A stretch of 64,000 nucleotides of DNA. Origin: Octopus sinensis. Taxonomy: Eukaryota. The notes below the pieces were generated by a model that had not been told where the DNA came from, did not search any database, and was given only the letters and a program-made list of their open reading frames with translations. Below are positions 11,860 to 24,480 of the stretch, in pieces; the first letter of the stretch is position 1, and each line of letters opens with the position of its first letter. The stretch lies in assembly GCF_006345805.1 (NCBI RefSeq), contig NC_043015.1:40858001-40922000 (forward strand). Reading direction: 5' to 3'. The position numbers were made by a program, and so were the translations under genes.

Positions 11860-12652
11860 ATCATCATCGTCAACATCGTCATCATTTAACATCCATTGGT
11901 ATAGATTATATGGTTTGAGAGAAGCTAGCAAGTCAGACGCCTGCACCATGCACCACTGTCAGGCCTGGTTTCTACAGCTGGATGCCCTTCCTAATGCTTT
12001 CCACACTTTACAGGGTAAACTGGGTGCTTTTTATGTTGCACCAGCACCAGTGAGGTGACCACAACACTTACAAGACAAGACACCTTATTCGACTGAGGGA
12101 AAGGGGAGTCGTATTGGGGTAGGTGGCTTTGTACCAGGTAATGAGAGATTTGGGTATGGTAGGAGGAGTAAAATAGGTCTTGTTGTAGAGGAGACACATG
12201 GCTGACCCAGTTTGAGAGGGAAGATGGTGAAGGTGAGGCATTGAGGTGTAACCTTAAATTACAGGGATTTGTATATCAATGAAGTGGTGCAGAGGATTGG
12301 ATAGGGTTTGAGGGTAGGTAAGAGTGGGAGATGGCAGGAAGGGGCATACAGCAAGTGAACACAAATGGAGAAAGTTGTGGTGGGGGAGAGATTTGTCAGG
12401 GACAGATTGTATGGATGCAGATAGGCATAACATGACATGTCTTCCAGGAGGCATCAATTTTACTTACACAGACGAGTCCTTTCAGGCGGAGCAAACCATC
12501 AATCATCATTTCTGTCCTTTGTCATCTCCTCTGCTGTGAACCTCAACATCTCTCAAGTCCTTTATTCACCATTTTATCCCATGTCTTCCTCTTCCACAGG
12601 TTCCATCCACATTCTGTGATCAGCGCTTCCTTATGAAAGCTGTCTTCATCCA
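11860..12652 (-). mobile_element. Old RTE LINE 3' end (last codons plus long 3'UTR plus GAT tail)
   Basis: Minus strand MDEDS..DGTCGRGR..TWDKMV..LRFTAEEMTKDRND at ~12490-12652, followed by UTR ending in aggaagggcatccagctgtagaaac and (gat)n. Confidence 0.6.
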
Positions 12653-12664
12653 TACACACACACA

Positions 12665-12845
12665 CCACATCATCATCATCATCACCATCATCGTCATTGT
12701 TTAACGTCCGTTTTCCATGCTAGCATGGGTTGGATGGTTCGACCGGAGTCTGGGAATCCAGGAGGCTGCACCAGACTCTAGTCTGATCTGGCAGTGTTTC
12801 TGCAGCTGGATGCCCTTCCTAATGCCAACCACTCCATGAGTGTAG
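12665..12845 (-). mobile_element. Family B repeat, 5'-truncated
   Basis: catcatc...gtttaacgtccgttttccatgctagcatgggttgga...ggatgcccttcctaatgcc. Confidence 0.85.
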
Positions 12846-13081
12846 TCATGACAATACCTATGCATTCCTCTCTCTGGCACACTACACACCCATATACACA
12901 CATATATGTATATTACTATAATGGTCAAGCTATATCCAATGCTGTTATACACTGCTGGCCACAATGCGCTTCTTTGCATTATTATAGCTTTTGAATGAGA
13001 CCCCCCCCCATATTCTTCCTTAACCTTTTAGCATTCAGATTTCTTATTTATTCATAGTTTTGAATTAATTATGCATTATCT

Positions 13082-13413
13082 GGAGATGTACTCGCATAGC
13101 AAGTGATTTGATCTGAGATCGTGTGCTGAAACGAAAGCAATTGCAGTGTGGAAGGTGTTTATAAGCCATTTAAGAAACACACAAAAGCCGTTCGATTCAC
13201 TTCAACATTTAAGTTTAATTTGTCAAAATATTTTCGTCGCTAAAATCCGTGACCTGTTCACTGACAAAAATTCATGCTGATTTTTGTCAGTGAACAGGTC
13301 GCGGATTTTAGCGACGAAAATATTTTGACAAATTAAACTTAAATGTTGAAGTGAATCGAACGGCTTTTGTGTGTTTCTTAAATGGCTTATAAACACCTTC
13401 CACACTGCAATTG
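13082..13413. mobile_element. Fold-back insertion (276 bp near-perfect palindrome) with 12 bp TSD
   Basis: tatgcattatct at 13070-81 and 13414-25; arms 13138-13271/13280-13413 differ at one base. Confidence 0.85.
13284..13331 (+). ncRNA. Hammerhead-like fold with G3:C8 core swap (family H2)
   Basis: ttgtca-GTGAACA-g-gtcgc(ggatttta)gcgac-GAAA-ATAT-T-T-tgacaa; stems I and II pair, palindromic AATATT helix III; mirror copy on - strand at ~13220-13267. Confidence 0.45.
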
Positions 13414-13472
13414 TATGCATTATCTTGTAGCTTCAAAATTTCAATGGTGCATTTATATATTTTTCGAATAAA

Positions 13473-13797
13473 GGTCCATGGCTCAGTGGTTAGAGCACTG
13501 GAGTCACAACCATGAGGTAGTGAGTTCGATTCCCAGACCAGGTTGTATGTTGTGTTCTTGAGCAAGTCACTTTATGTCATGTTGCTCCAGTTCACTCAGC
13601 TGTAGAAATGGGTTTTGGTGTCACTGGTGCCAAGCTGTATCGGCCCCTTTGCCTTTCCCTTGGACATCAGTGGCGTGGAGAGGAGAGGCTGGTATGCATG
13701 GGCGACTGCTGGTCTTCCATAAACAACCTTGCCCAGACTTGTGCCTCAGAACGGAACTTTCTTGGTGAAGCCCCATGGTCATTCATTACCAAAAGGG
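13473..13797 (+). mobile_element. tRNA-headed SINE family C
   Basis: tggctcagtggttagagc A-box, gagttcgattccc B-box, ttgagcaagtcactt central motif; degenerate TSD tttata..ttttt.gaat. Confidence 0.75.
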
Positions 13798-13934
13798 GTC
13801 TTTATATTTTTAGAATGACATTGTAGGGTAGGTGTGAGAGGATGAATCTGGTCAGTTATAGCATAAAACAGGTAGAATATTTGGGCCCTGATATGATCAG
13901 ATTAAATTCTAAAGGATTAACAGAACGCAAATCC

Positions 13935-14085
13935 ATTTCAAGGTCAGCTAAAGTAACAGCTGGGTCAACTAAAGTGATGTGAAATGAAGTGTCTTGCTTA
14001 AGGACACAATGCACCACCTGGTCTGGGGAATGAAACCAGTCTTGCACTCATGAGCCAACACCTTAACCACTTGGCCATGCACACA
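13935..14085 (-). mobile_element. SINE family C head fragment
   Basis: Minus strand tggccaagtggttaagg...gtgtccttaagcaagacactt. Confidence 0.6.
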
Positions 14086-14523
14086 AAAGCAATTTTCATT
14101 TCGTCATTTTCGAACACCCAAAAAGGTCGGTGAGATTCACTCTCCGTTTCTCGAGGTGCCAACATTTCCATTTTCATGCCACCCTGACCTGGTCATTGAC
14201 ATAGTTCCATTCTGACCGAGAGCTGTTGTAGAACCATGTCAGTGACCGGGGTCGGTCGTAGAGAGGCTACTGCTGCCGCTGCTGGTTTCACTTGAAAGAT
14301 ATTTGCATATGTCCATCTGTGTGTGTGTGTGTGTGTGTGTGTATTTGCATATACACACACACATAACATGTCCACATATAAAGTACATGTTTTGTGTTTG
14401 TCTATGTAATAGATATCTATTTAAAAGATGTACAATATATTTAATATATATATATATTATTATATAAGATATATGTAATAAATATACATGTATATTATAC
14501 AATATATATTATATATATATATA

Positions 14524-14560
<37 letters not shown>

Positions 14561-14602
14561 CATAGATATATAACACACACGCACACATATATTATATATA
14601 CT

Positions 14603-14990
14603 CTACTCTTTTCTCTTTTACTTATTTCAGTCCTTTGACTGCGGCCATGCTGGAGCACCGCCTTTAGTCGATCAAATCGACCCTGGGACATATTCTTTGT
14701 AAGCCCAGTACTTATTCTATCGGTCTCTTTTGCCGAACCGCTAAGTAACGGGGACGTAAACACACCAGCATCGGTTGTCAAGCAATGCTAGGGGGACAAA
14801 CACAGACACACAAACACACACACGCATACATATATATATATATATACATATATACGACGGACTTCTTTCAGTTTCCGTCTACCAAATCCACTCACAAGGC
14901 ATTGGTTGGCCCAAGGCTATAGTAGAAGACACTTGCTCAAGGTGCCATGCAGTGGGACTGAACCCGGAACCATGTTACTTGGTAAACAAG
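14603..14990 (-). mobile_element. SINE family A (young, head truncated)
   Basis: Reverse complement of 3665-4058 with CpGs largely retained. Confidence 0.85.
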
Positions 14991-15749
14991 CATATATAAT
15001 ATATAACATAAATATATAACACACACACATTATATATATATATATTATATAATATATATATATATAACATATATATATAATATATAACATATGTATATAT
15101 ATGAAACATAGATATGAATGTATGTATATGATAATCTTATGATCATGAAGTACTCAATACAAATGTTTGTGTGTGTGTAGTTGCCAAACATAAGACATAC
15201 TCACGCATTACACAACCATTGGTGGATTGACTTGCATGGATTATCTCTCACTCTCTTATTCCCTCTCTCTCTCTCTCTCTCTCTCTGTCTCTTTAATTTC
15301 CTGTTTTATTCTCTTTTACTCTGTCTTTCTTTGTCTTACCCCCCTCCTTCCCCTCTCTCATAACGTCTGTTTTTCCCTCTCCTCCCCCTCACTTTCATAT
15401 CCATCTTAATCTCTATTAATTATCTCCGCCCCCCCCCCCCCGCTTTTAACTTGTTCACCCTCCCTTCTTCCCTTCCTTTCGGTTTCCTCTTTGCCTCCTC
15501 CTCTACCTTCCGCTCTCTATTTCTACTTCTCCCTTTCCTCCTCTCACTATTTAATTATCCCTCCCACTCGTTTATTACTTACTCTCCATATGCCTCCAGT
15601 CCTCCACTCCCCTTCCTTTCCCTCTTTCACTCACTCACTCACGTCATTGTCTCTGCCTCAATCTCTCTCACCCTCTCGCAGTCAATCAGTCAGCCACTTC
15701 TCCTCCCCTTACTGTCTGTGTCATATATATATGTATGTGTTATATATAT

Positions 15750-15794
<45 letters not shown>

Positions 15795-16479
15795 TCCTCA
15801 TTACTTCTCACTCTCTATAGTATATCACTTCTCCTCTCCCCTCTATAATCCTATCACCTCTTCTCTCTCTCTCTTCCCTCCCCCTCTCTCTACAGCCTTT
15901 CACTTTCTCCCTCCCTCCCTCCCTCCCTCCGATACAATCCCATTCAACTGTGTCGTCTGTCCTTTTTATTTACACTAACAACAACAACAACAACGGCGGT
16001 CGGCTGCCATCGTCCTTGTGGGCATCTCTATTTATTATTATATCATCACCTTGGCCGCCTCGACATCTTCTTACCTCTCTTGTTTATCTCTCTGTCACGA
16101 CACCGACACGACGTAAAGACTCCAACGTAAGTTTCTCCTCCATTTACTTTCTCTTCCATCTTTCCGTTTTCTTGTTGTTCCCTCGCCATTCTGTCTTCTG
16201 CCGACTTTGTCTTTCTTTTAACATCGACTCCATTGTCTTCTACACACTTTCTCTCTCTCCCCTCCCTCTCTCTCTTTTCTTTCTTTCTCTCTCTCTATCT
16301 TTCTCTCTCTCTTTCTTTCTCTCTCTCTCTTTTCTCTCTTCTTTCTCTCTCCCTCCCTCTCTCTCTCGTGCTCTTTTTCTCGTTCTTTCTTTTTCTTTCT
16401 CTCACACTGTGTGTGTGTGTGTTTCAGTGTTAATGTGTCTGTGTGCGGCTCATACTGTCTGTCAGTATATGTTAGTGTG

Positions 16480-16686
16480 TGAGTGTTGGTAACTATGTAT
16501 CTGTGTGTGTCAGTGTGTACCTTTGTGGATGTACATGTGTCAATATCTTACCTGTATGTGTGTGTGTATATATATAGATAGATATGTCAATGTGTACCTG
16601 CATGTCAATCAATAGGTAATCATATGTGTGTGTGTGTGTGTGTACGCCAGTATATATTTGTACCTCTGCATGTATGTATGTATATT

Positions 16687-16740
<54 letters not shown>

Positions 16741-17304
16741 GTACATGTGTGTGTGTGTACATATGTGTGTGTGTGTACATATGTGTGTGTGTGTGTACAT
16801 ATGTATGTGTGTATGTACATATGTGTGTGTATGTATATATGTATGTGTATGTGTGTATGTATATGTGTGTATGTGTGCGTGTCTATGTTCGACCAAATAT
16901 ATTAGTTTCTGTATGTACATGTGTATATATATATATATATGTATGTATGTGAGTGTATATGTGTGTGTGTGTATACGATGCACGCGATTGCGTATATAAT
17001 TGTATGTATCTCGTGATGTCATGTATGTATATTTATGTCCACACACACACACTTGTGTATATTGTGTCTATTTATAAATCAATGTATACCTTTGGGAAGT
17101 ATATACATCGTGTGTGTGTGTGTGTGTTAAAGGTATATACACTGTCGTATGGATTGTGTTTGTCATACTCTATATTTATATACACCCTGTCGTTTACAGT
17201 GTTTATACCGCTATATACACATTATGTATGTATGTATGTATGTGTGTATGTATGTGTGTGAGTATGTATGTATATATGTATGTATGTATATGTGTGTGTG
17301 TATA

Positions 17305-17343
<39 letters not shown>

Positions 17344-17420
17344 GATTGTGTATATGTGTATATATATTCTGTGATTTGTGTCTGTGTGTGTATGTATATA
17401 TATATATATATATATATATG
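16480..17420. repeat. Compound TA/TG/TATG microsatellite region
   Basis: Visible runs; source of many Y/I/C/V ORFs. Confidence 0.9.
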
Positions 17421-17734
17421 GCGGTGCCCCAGCATGGCCAGAGCTTGTGAGCTGAAACTAGATAAATAACTAAATAAATATATACACACATATACACTCC
17501 TGTGAAATGTATATATATATTGCTGTATTTGTATATACACACGTGTGAAACATGTAAATCGCGCTGTCTTTATACACATGTGCCCGTTGTGTGTATGGGT
17601 GTATACATACATACATACACACATCGATGTGTGTATATATACACACCGCGCGGGATTCCACCCCCTCATGTTGTTCCAGCCTGGGCTGTCAGCTTCTTTT
17701 GTTCATCTTTGTTATTGACAGACCATTGTTTGCT

Positions 17735-18280
17735 ACTTCACCACCACCACTACAACCACAACTACGAACTAGTGCAGTAGTATAGAACTACTACCACAAC
17801 AACTACAGCACATACGACAACTACTACCACCACCATCACCACAACCACTACTACTACTACAACAACACGACGATTGCCACCATCACTATACTACAACCTA
17901 CACCATTACAATCGCTGTCATAACCATCAGCAACACTACCACAACCACCACCACCACCACTAATATCTTACCATTATCGTCACACTACCACAACCACCTA
18001 CCTACCTCTCGCAACATGTTTGGACACTCTGTATACTACCACCTCTACAACACAATATCGTACACTACAATACTTTCTCTTATACTGTAGCATAACCTCC
18101 GCCACCACTACCACCACTATCATAACAACACCAACAACACTGCTATATACTACAGCCCATACTACATACAACAGATCACTCTGCATCATGTCACCACTAC
18201 CTCTCCACTACATCACAAACCAACACCACAACCACGACCACCGCCATCAACACCAACACAACTACACCATTACAGACTGA
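17735..18280. repeat. ACC/ACT/ACA-rich low-complexity tract
   Basis: Visible degenerate trinucleotide repeats. Confidence 0.8.
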
Positions 18281-18392
18281 CAACTTCTTTATTCAAGACT
18301 TGGGGGTTCTTCAGAGCCCCTAACTCCTCCTTTCCACCCTTAACTCTTCCCATATACATACAGCCATACATAAACACACACACACACACGCA

Positions 18393-18432
<40 letters not shown>

Positions 18433-19297
18433 TACACACTTCAGAGTATGACAGTTGATTTGCCAGTCCTGATGTTATTCTCTCCCTGCCACAACCATTC
18501 ACCTTCCATTGTAACCCTCACTGGTGATAGTCGTGGTGGTGGTGGTGGTGGTGGTGGTGGGTGGTGGTGGTGGTGGTGGTCATAAGAACACATGCTGCCC
18601 CTGGCTAAGGGATTTCTGGGATTGTTGACGATAGGGGAAGGATGAATAAAGGGAGGTGTGACATCAGGGATAACAATGATGGATACACTTTGTACTGGGC
18701 AAAACACATGGCCTCAAATTTTGCAGAAAAAGAAAGTTTCTGCGAGTAGGAGTGAAATAGGATGTGGAAGTGTGCCCAGCATATGACAGGTACTTAGGGT
18801 TTGTTTTATGTTATCCACTGCAGAGAGAGAGAGAGAGAGCACTCCTAAGTTTTGGTAAAATTTGAACTCAGAACTTAGGGCTTCATAGATAGACTGTTAG
18901 GTGTTTAACCTAATTTCATTTTCTCTCACTCTACTTCTTTGAAAACAGCAGCAGCAGTAGTGGTGGTTTCTAATTTTGGCACAAGGCCAGTAATTTTGAG
19001 GGGAGATGGGGTCACAAGTTGAATACATCCCCCCTCATCCCAGTACTCGACTGGTTCTTTAGTTTGACCCCAAAAGAGGGAAAGACAAAAATGACCTTGG
19101 TAAATAATTATAATAACAATCCTTTCTACTATAAGCACAAAGGGGAGCAGACTAGTTAATTACAAGGATCTCAGTGTATGACTGGTATTTATTTTACTGG
19201 CTCTGTAAAGATGAAAGGCAAGGTTGAATTTGGCAGAATTTGCGCTCAAAGTATCAAGTCAGATGAAATCCTGCAAGGTACTTTGTCTTGCATAAAG

Positions 19298-19530
19298 GCA
19301 GCGGGCAGGCAGAGACGTTAGCACGCCTGGCAAAATGCATGGCCATATTTCGTCTGCCGTTACGTTCTGAGTTCAAATTCCGCTGAGGTCGATTTTGCCT
19401 TTCATCCTTTCGGGGTCGATAAGTTAAGTACCAGTTATGCACTGGGGTTGATATAATCGACTTAATCCCTTTGTCTGCTCTTGTTTGTCCCCTCTGTGTT
19501 TAGTCCCTTGTGGGTGGTAAAGAAATAGGT
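19298..19530 (+). mobile_element. tRNA-headed SINE family D
   Basis: ctgagttcaaattcc B-box then gaggtcgattttgcctttcatcctttcggggtcgataagttaagtaccag, similar to conserved SINE central domains (Meta/Nin class, unverified). Confidence 0.85.
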
Positions 19531-19980
19531 ATTTTGTCTTGCATACTAATGTTTCTGCCAGTTTGCTGTCCTCAGATGTATCACATCTAAAACTTTGATG
19601 AAGGGACCAGTTGGTTACAACAACCCTAATGCTTGACCAGCACTTATTTTATCGAACCCCCAAAAGGATGAAAAGCAAAGTGAACCTCGGTGGGATTTGA
19701 ACTCAGAATGTAAAGGCAGATGAAATGCTACCAGGCATTATGTCTTGTTAATTGATTAAATTTGACCCCAGTATTAGATTACAGGTAGGTTAGATAGAAC
19801 AGAGAATTTCTGTGACAATACATACTTTATCAGTTTCTTTAATTCTTTAATCAGTTTCAGTTAGTTGCAGAAATGTTGGAACGCCACCTTTAAAAGGTTC
19901 AACCTCACACACACACACACACACACACATTGTGTGTGTGTGATTATTGTGAATTTATACCAGTATGAATTACAAGGAAA

Positions 19981-20265
19981 CATCATCATCATCGTTTAAT
20001 GTCCGTTTTCCATGCTAGCATGGGTTGGACGGTTCAACTAGGGTCTGGGAAGCCAGGAAGCTGCACCAGGCTCCAGTCTGATCTGGCAGTGTTTCTACAG
20101 CTGGATGCCCTTCATAACACCAACCACTCCGAGAGTGTAGTGGGTGCTTTTTATGTGCCACCGGCACAGGGGCCAGAGGAGTCTGGCAAATGGCCACAAT
20201 CGGTTGCTGCTTTTACGTGTCACTGACATGGATGCCAGTCAGGTGGCACTGGCATCTGCCATGTT
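19981..20265 (-). mobile_element. Family B repeat
   Basis: Reverse complement of the 2711-3062 3' part. Confidence 0.85.
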
Positions 20266-20982
20266 CAGACAAATAAAGTAGCCTCTACTTTGAGTAGAGT
20301 GGAATGGTCTTTATCCAAAGATGAGTCTATGTGATTCTTTTATTTGAAGTTTTTCATCTCTTTGTCTCAGAGAAAGAGTGTGTGAGAGGGTATGTGTGCA
20401 CACATGCTCATATACACGCACACACACACACATACATACACAAAGGCTTCTGCTATTCCTATCTGCCAAATTCTTCTGACAAGGTATTCATTGTACCTAA
20501 GGTTACACAGATAAAGACACTCACCCAATGTACTTCACAATCTGACTGAATTTGGAATCACATGGTTGCAATGCAAACTTCTTGGCTAGAGACCTGCGCT
20601 TATCATCCTCATCATCATCATACTACAGCATTCCATAATGGGATGTGTTAGACTTATTGTCACTGTCTGAGTCCTTATTTCAAGGTACTGTTCTTCCTAA
20701 ATATTCTGGGCACCCTGTCCCACTTCTCACTTCCATTTTGTTATGATCTCCTACAGTCAGGTGTCCTTTGTTATGCCAGCTGCTTTACAAAATATACTGG
20801 CTGTATTTTATTGTGGCACCAGCATTAGAGAGGTTATCTTGTCTTCACCAAGACTAAAGGACCCTGTCATATATATATATATGTATATATATAGTTCAAA
20901 TTTATAGTAAAACAAAAAATGAGGACAGGTGTAGGAACAACAAGCAAGTGTATTAGTTTTACACTCAGGAAAAATGGGAAAG

Positions 20983-21019
20983 TCTTTTACATTTCAAGCC
21001 TATGCTCTTCGACAGAAAG
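20983..21019 (-). ncRNA. Degenerate hammerhead motif (family H3) in an AT-rich insertion ~20890-21230
   Basis: Minus strand cttt-CTGTCGA-a-gagc(atag)gctt-GAAA-TG-T-A-aaag; stems pair, but A6 and CpG positions are altered. Confidence 0.4.
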
Positions 21020-22145
21020 GCATTAGAGAAAATGCATCGAGAGAGAATGGAAAAACATGTTAAGTTCAGTAGTCCAACATGGCAAATCATATATATGAAT
21101 GAGGGAATTCTTGAGGTAGATCCTATGATATTTATATCGAAACTGGTAACCCAAACAGTGAAAGTGCTTTAATCGGAATACTACTAACTGTTTACCAAAG
21201 TCCAAATAATTACTTTATATGTGTGTTGTATATATAAACCACACACAAATACACATACATACATACACACATATGCATGTAGGTGAGCATGGATACTCCA
21301 CTGACACAGTTTGTATATTTGGAAACATTGTTATGCTGTAAATGAATTTCTAGTTAAAACTCCCTAATTCTTGGTAACCTGATCATTGGAGGAAGAAGAT
21401 TTCAATTCTCATTAGAATCATATTCAGTGTCACAAACACTGGAGTCTGGTGTTCTTTCTGTTGTTTTGAAAAATGTGTTGTAGCTTACACACACGCACAC
21501 ACACACATGCTCATGTCTATATCTTAATATACGTATGTGCGTGTATATATAAACTGCTACTCCATTAAATATTCTGCTAGTGACCTCCATGAACTTAAAA
21601 TCCTCATTTTGTTGTGTTACTGATTGGAAGCTGGTTGTGATGGTGGTGGCGGTGGTGGTTGTGGTGGTGGTGGTTAGAGGCAATGGAGTAGTTTAATATT
21701 TATGACATTGATTGTTTATAAGCCCATTGATGTGACAGCTAAGTGTAGGCTAGGCAGTTTTAATGGATTATTGTCTGAACGATGATGATGATTATTGCAC
21801 ACACACACACACACACACTCTTTCCTTACGCATTTACATAACAGCACACGTGATTAAATATACATACACTCATACCTATACATAACTACATATACACACA
21901 CACACATGCAAGCACGCATGCACAAAATATACATATTTATGTCTTTTTAAAAATCTACATTGGTTTGCAATAGGTATTGTGATCTGATCTCAAAGTGGGG
22001 CTCCACTAAAACCAGTTAAGGGTCAGCCATGAGCGAACACCTATGTGGATAGTGACCATTGCTCCTTGGACACTTCCAGATGATTACGTAGGAGTGGGCT
22101 ACAAAGTCTTGAGCCAACTTTTTTGCTACCAACCTATGCATGTAT

Positions 22146-22546
22146 ACTCTTTACTCTCTCTCTCTCTCTCTCTCTCTTACTTGTTTCAGTCATTTGACTG
22201 TGGCCATGCTGGAGCACCGCCTTTAGTCGAGCAAATCGACGCCAGGACTTATTCTTTGTAAGCCCAGTACTTACTCTATCGGTCTCTTTTGCCAAACCGC
22301 TAAGTTACGGGGACGTAAGTACACCAGCATCGGACAAACACAGACACACAAACATATACATACACACATAGATATATATACATATATACGAAGGGCTTCT
22401 TTCAGTTTCCGTCTACCAAATCCACTCACAAGGCTTTGGTCGGCCCGAGGCTATAGTAGAAGACACTTGCCCAAGGTGCCACGCAGTGGGACTGAACCCT
22501 GAACCATGTGGTTGGTAAGCAAGCTACGTACCACACAGCCACTCCT
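22146..22546 (-). mobile_element. SINE family A
   Basis: Reverse complement of 3665-4058. Confidence 0.85.
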
Positions 22547-23247
22547 ACGTCTGTATCTGTGTTTTGTACCAGTTATTCTCTTGCTACTGCCGACATACCA
22601 CTATCTTTTTCTCTCTCTCTTTCTTTCTTTCTCTCTCTCCCTCTGCATCCCTCTGGCTGCTCCTTGACAGAATGCCAGCTTCCAAACCTTGCGTGTGTGT
22701 TCACATGTTATGCCCTCTGTCAAACAAACTTGCATGTTGCCATCATCGACTTACATGCCACCCTTTTCTGGCAAAAATACAAAACTGCCTACCTCGAAGC
22801 ACCCACTGGACACCTGCTCCTTCATGCTTGATTTGACCAACAAAAATGTGATTCCTTACTTGTCTTTAGCCCCTAACACACCAAAGGATCTGTGTACCCC
22901 ATATTTGAATCATTGTATTCTATGAAGAGAAATACCAAAATCTACAAAACTACTGTAGATTTGCAGGTGTGGCTGTGTGGTAGGAAGTTTGCTTCCCAAC
23001 CACATGGTTCTTGGTTCAGTCTCAATGCATGACACTTTGGGCAAATGTCTTCTACTATATAGCCTTGGGCCAACCAAAGCATTGTCAGTGGATTTGGTAG
23101 ACAGAAACTGAAAGAAGCCTGCCATATATATAATATATATATACTTTCCAGCAAAAACCATTAAGATTCAAGTGAATTCCAATGAATTCAAATGAATATG
23201 GTACTTAACTAGATGCACCAGAATTGTTTAAAATAATGTGGGGTGAT

Positions 23248-23333
23248 TATAACCAAGAAAAAAGCAACAAGAATGGATTAGTAGTTTAGTACTAAACTAC
23301 TAATCCATTCTTGTTGCATTTTTCTTGGTTATA
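23248..23333. repeat. 86 bp loopless palindrome (43 bp arms, 1 mismatch) inside a split SINE A
   Basis: tataaccaagaaaaaagcaacaagaatggattagtagtttagt|actaaactactaatccattcttgttgcatttttcttggttata. Confidence 0.9.
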
Positions 23334-23806
23334 TATATATATATACATACATACATACATACACAATGTCTATTTGTCTGTTTGTCTGTTGTTGTGTTTA
23401 CAGCACTCTAACTTAGCAGTTCAACCAAAGAGACTGATAAAATAAGTATTAGGATCATTTGTTTTGACTAAAATTCTTGAAGTGGTGCTCCAGCATGGCC
23501 ACAGTCTGCTGACTGACAACAATTAAAAGACAAAGCCAAAGTATATGCCAGTGTTTAAGCTGACTGGATGTGTAATTTCATTTCATAGAATTTCCTTTTA
23601 AAATGTCAGCTTTGAGCTATTCTTGCTGTCTGAGACTTGCCAGGAAATATTTCATCTTTGATGCGGTATCTGGGGGGAACATGAAGCAGTGTTCAGCACT
23701 TTTGTCACTGTTGGAACACCATACTTTTTGCCAAGTATTTTTACCAGAAGCATTTTTTTGCCAAGCTTCCCAAACATATCTATTTAGTTTCAGTAGAAAA
23801 TATTTA

Positions 23807-24150
23807 GGCACAGGAGTGGCTGTGTGGTAAGTAGCTTGCTTACCAACCACATGGATCCGGGTTCAGTCTCACTGCATGGCACCTTGGGCAAGTGTCTTCT
23901 ACTATAGACTCGGGCCGACCAAAGCCTTATGAGTAGATTTGGTAGATGGAAACTGAAAGAAGCCCATCGTATATGTGTTTGTGTTTGTCCCCCCCCCCCA
24001 ACATTGCTTGACAACTGATGCTGGTGTGTTTGCGTCCTTGTAACTTATTGTACTACGCTTACAAAGAATAAGTCCCGGGGTCGATTTCCTCGGCTAAAAG
24101 GCGGTGCTGCAGCATGGCCACAGTCAAATGACTGAAACAAGTAAAAGAGT
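23807..24150 (+). mobile_element. SINE family A
   Basis: Homology to 3665-4058. Confidence 0.85.
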
Positions 24151-24427
24151 CGTAGTGCCATAGGAGCCCTGTGAGTGTTTTATGCTGTTCTCCATTGCTG
24201 TTGGTGCCACTCCTAAACCACAGCATGTCAAAGTTCGGACTTTATACTCAGTGCTTAAGACATTCCCTGGTTTTGCAGGATTTTTTTTAAGGTTCGAATT
24301 CTTTCCTGTACACCAGGGGTGGGGAAACATTTTAATACGGCAGCCAAAAATTTTCAAGGAAAAGGCCTGCGAGTGGATCACAAGTTCTAATTCTTATATC
24401 TGTGTAAATCTTGTATATATATATATC

Positions 24428-24480
<53 letters not shown>

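Larger units (their letters stand above)
13024..13916. mobile_element. piggyBac-type MITE split by two nested insertions
   Basis: TTAA at 13020-23 and 13917-20; halves are homologous to 10349-10567. Confidence 0.7.

Noticed and set aside
21100-21160. Possible extra hammerhead (..ctatgatatttatatcgaaactggta)
   Set aside because: No proper CUGANGA and no stem I pairing
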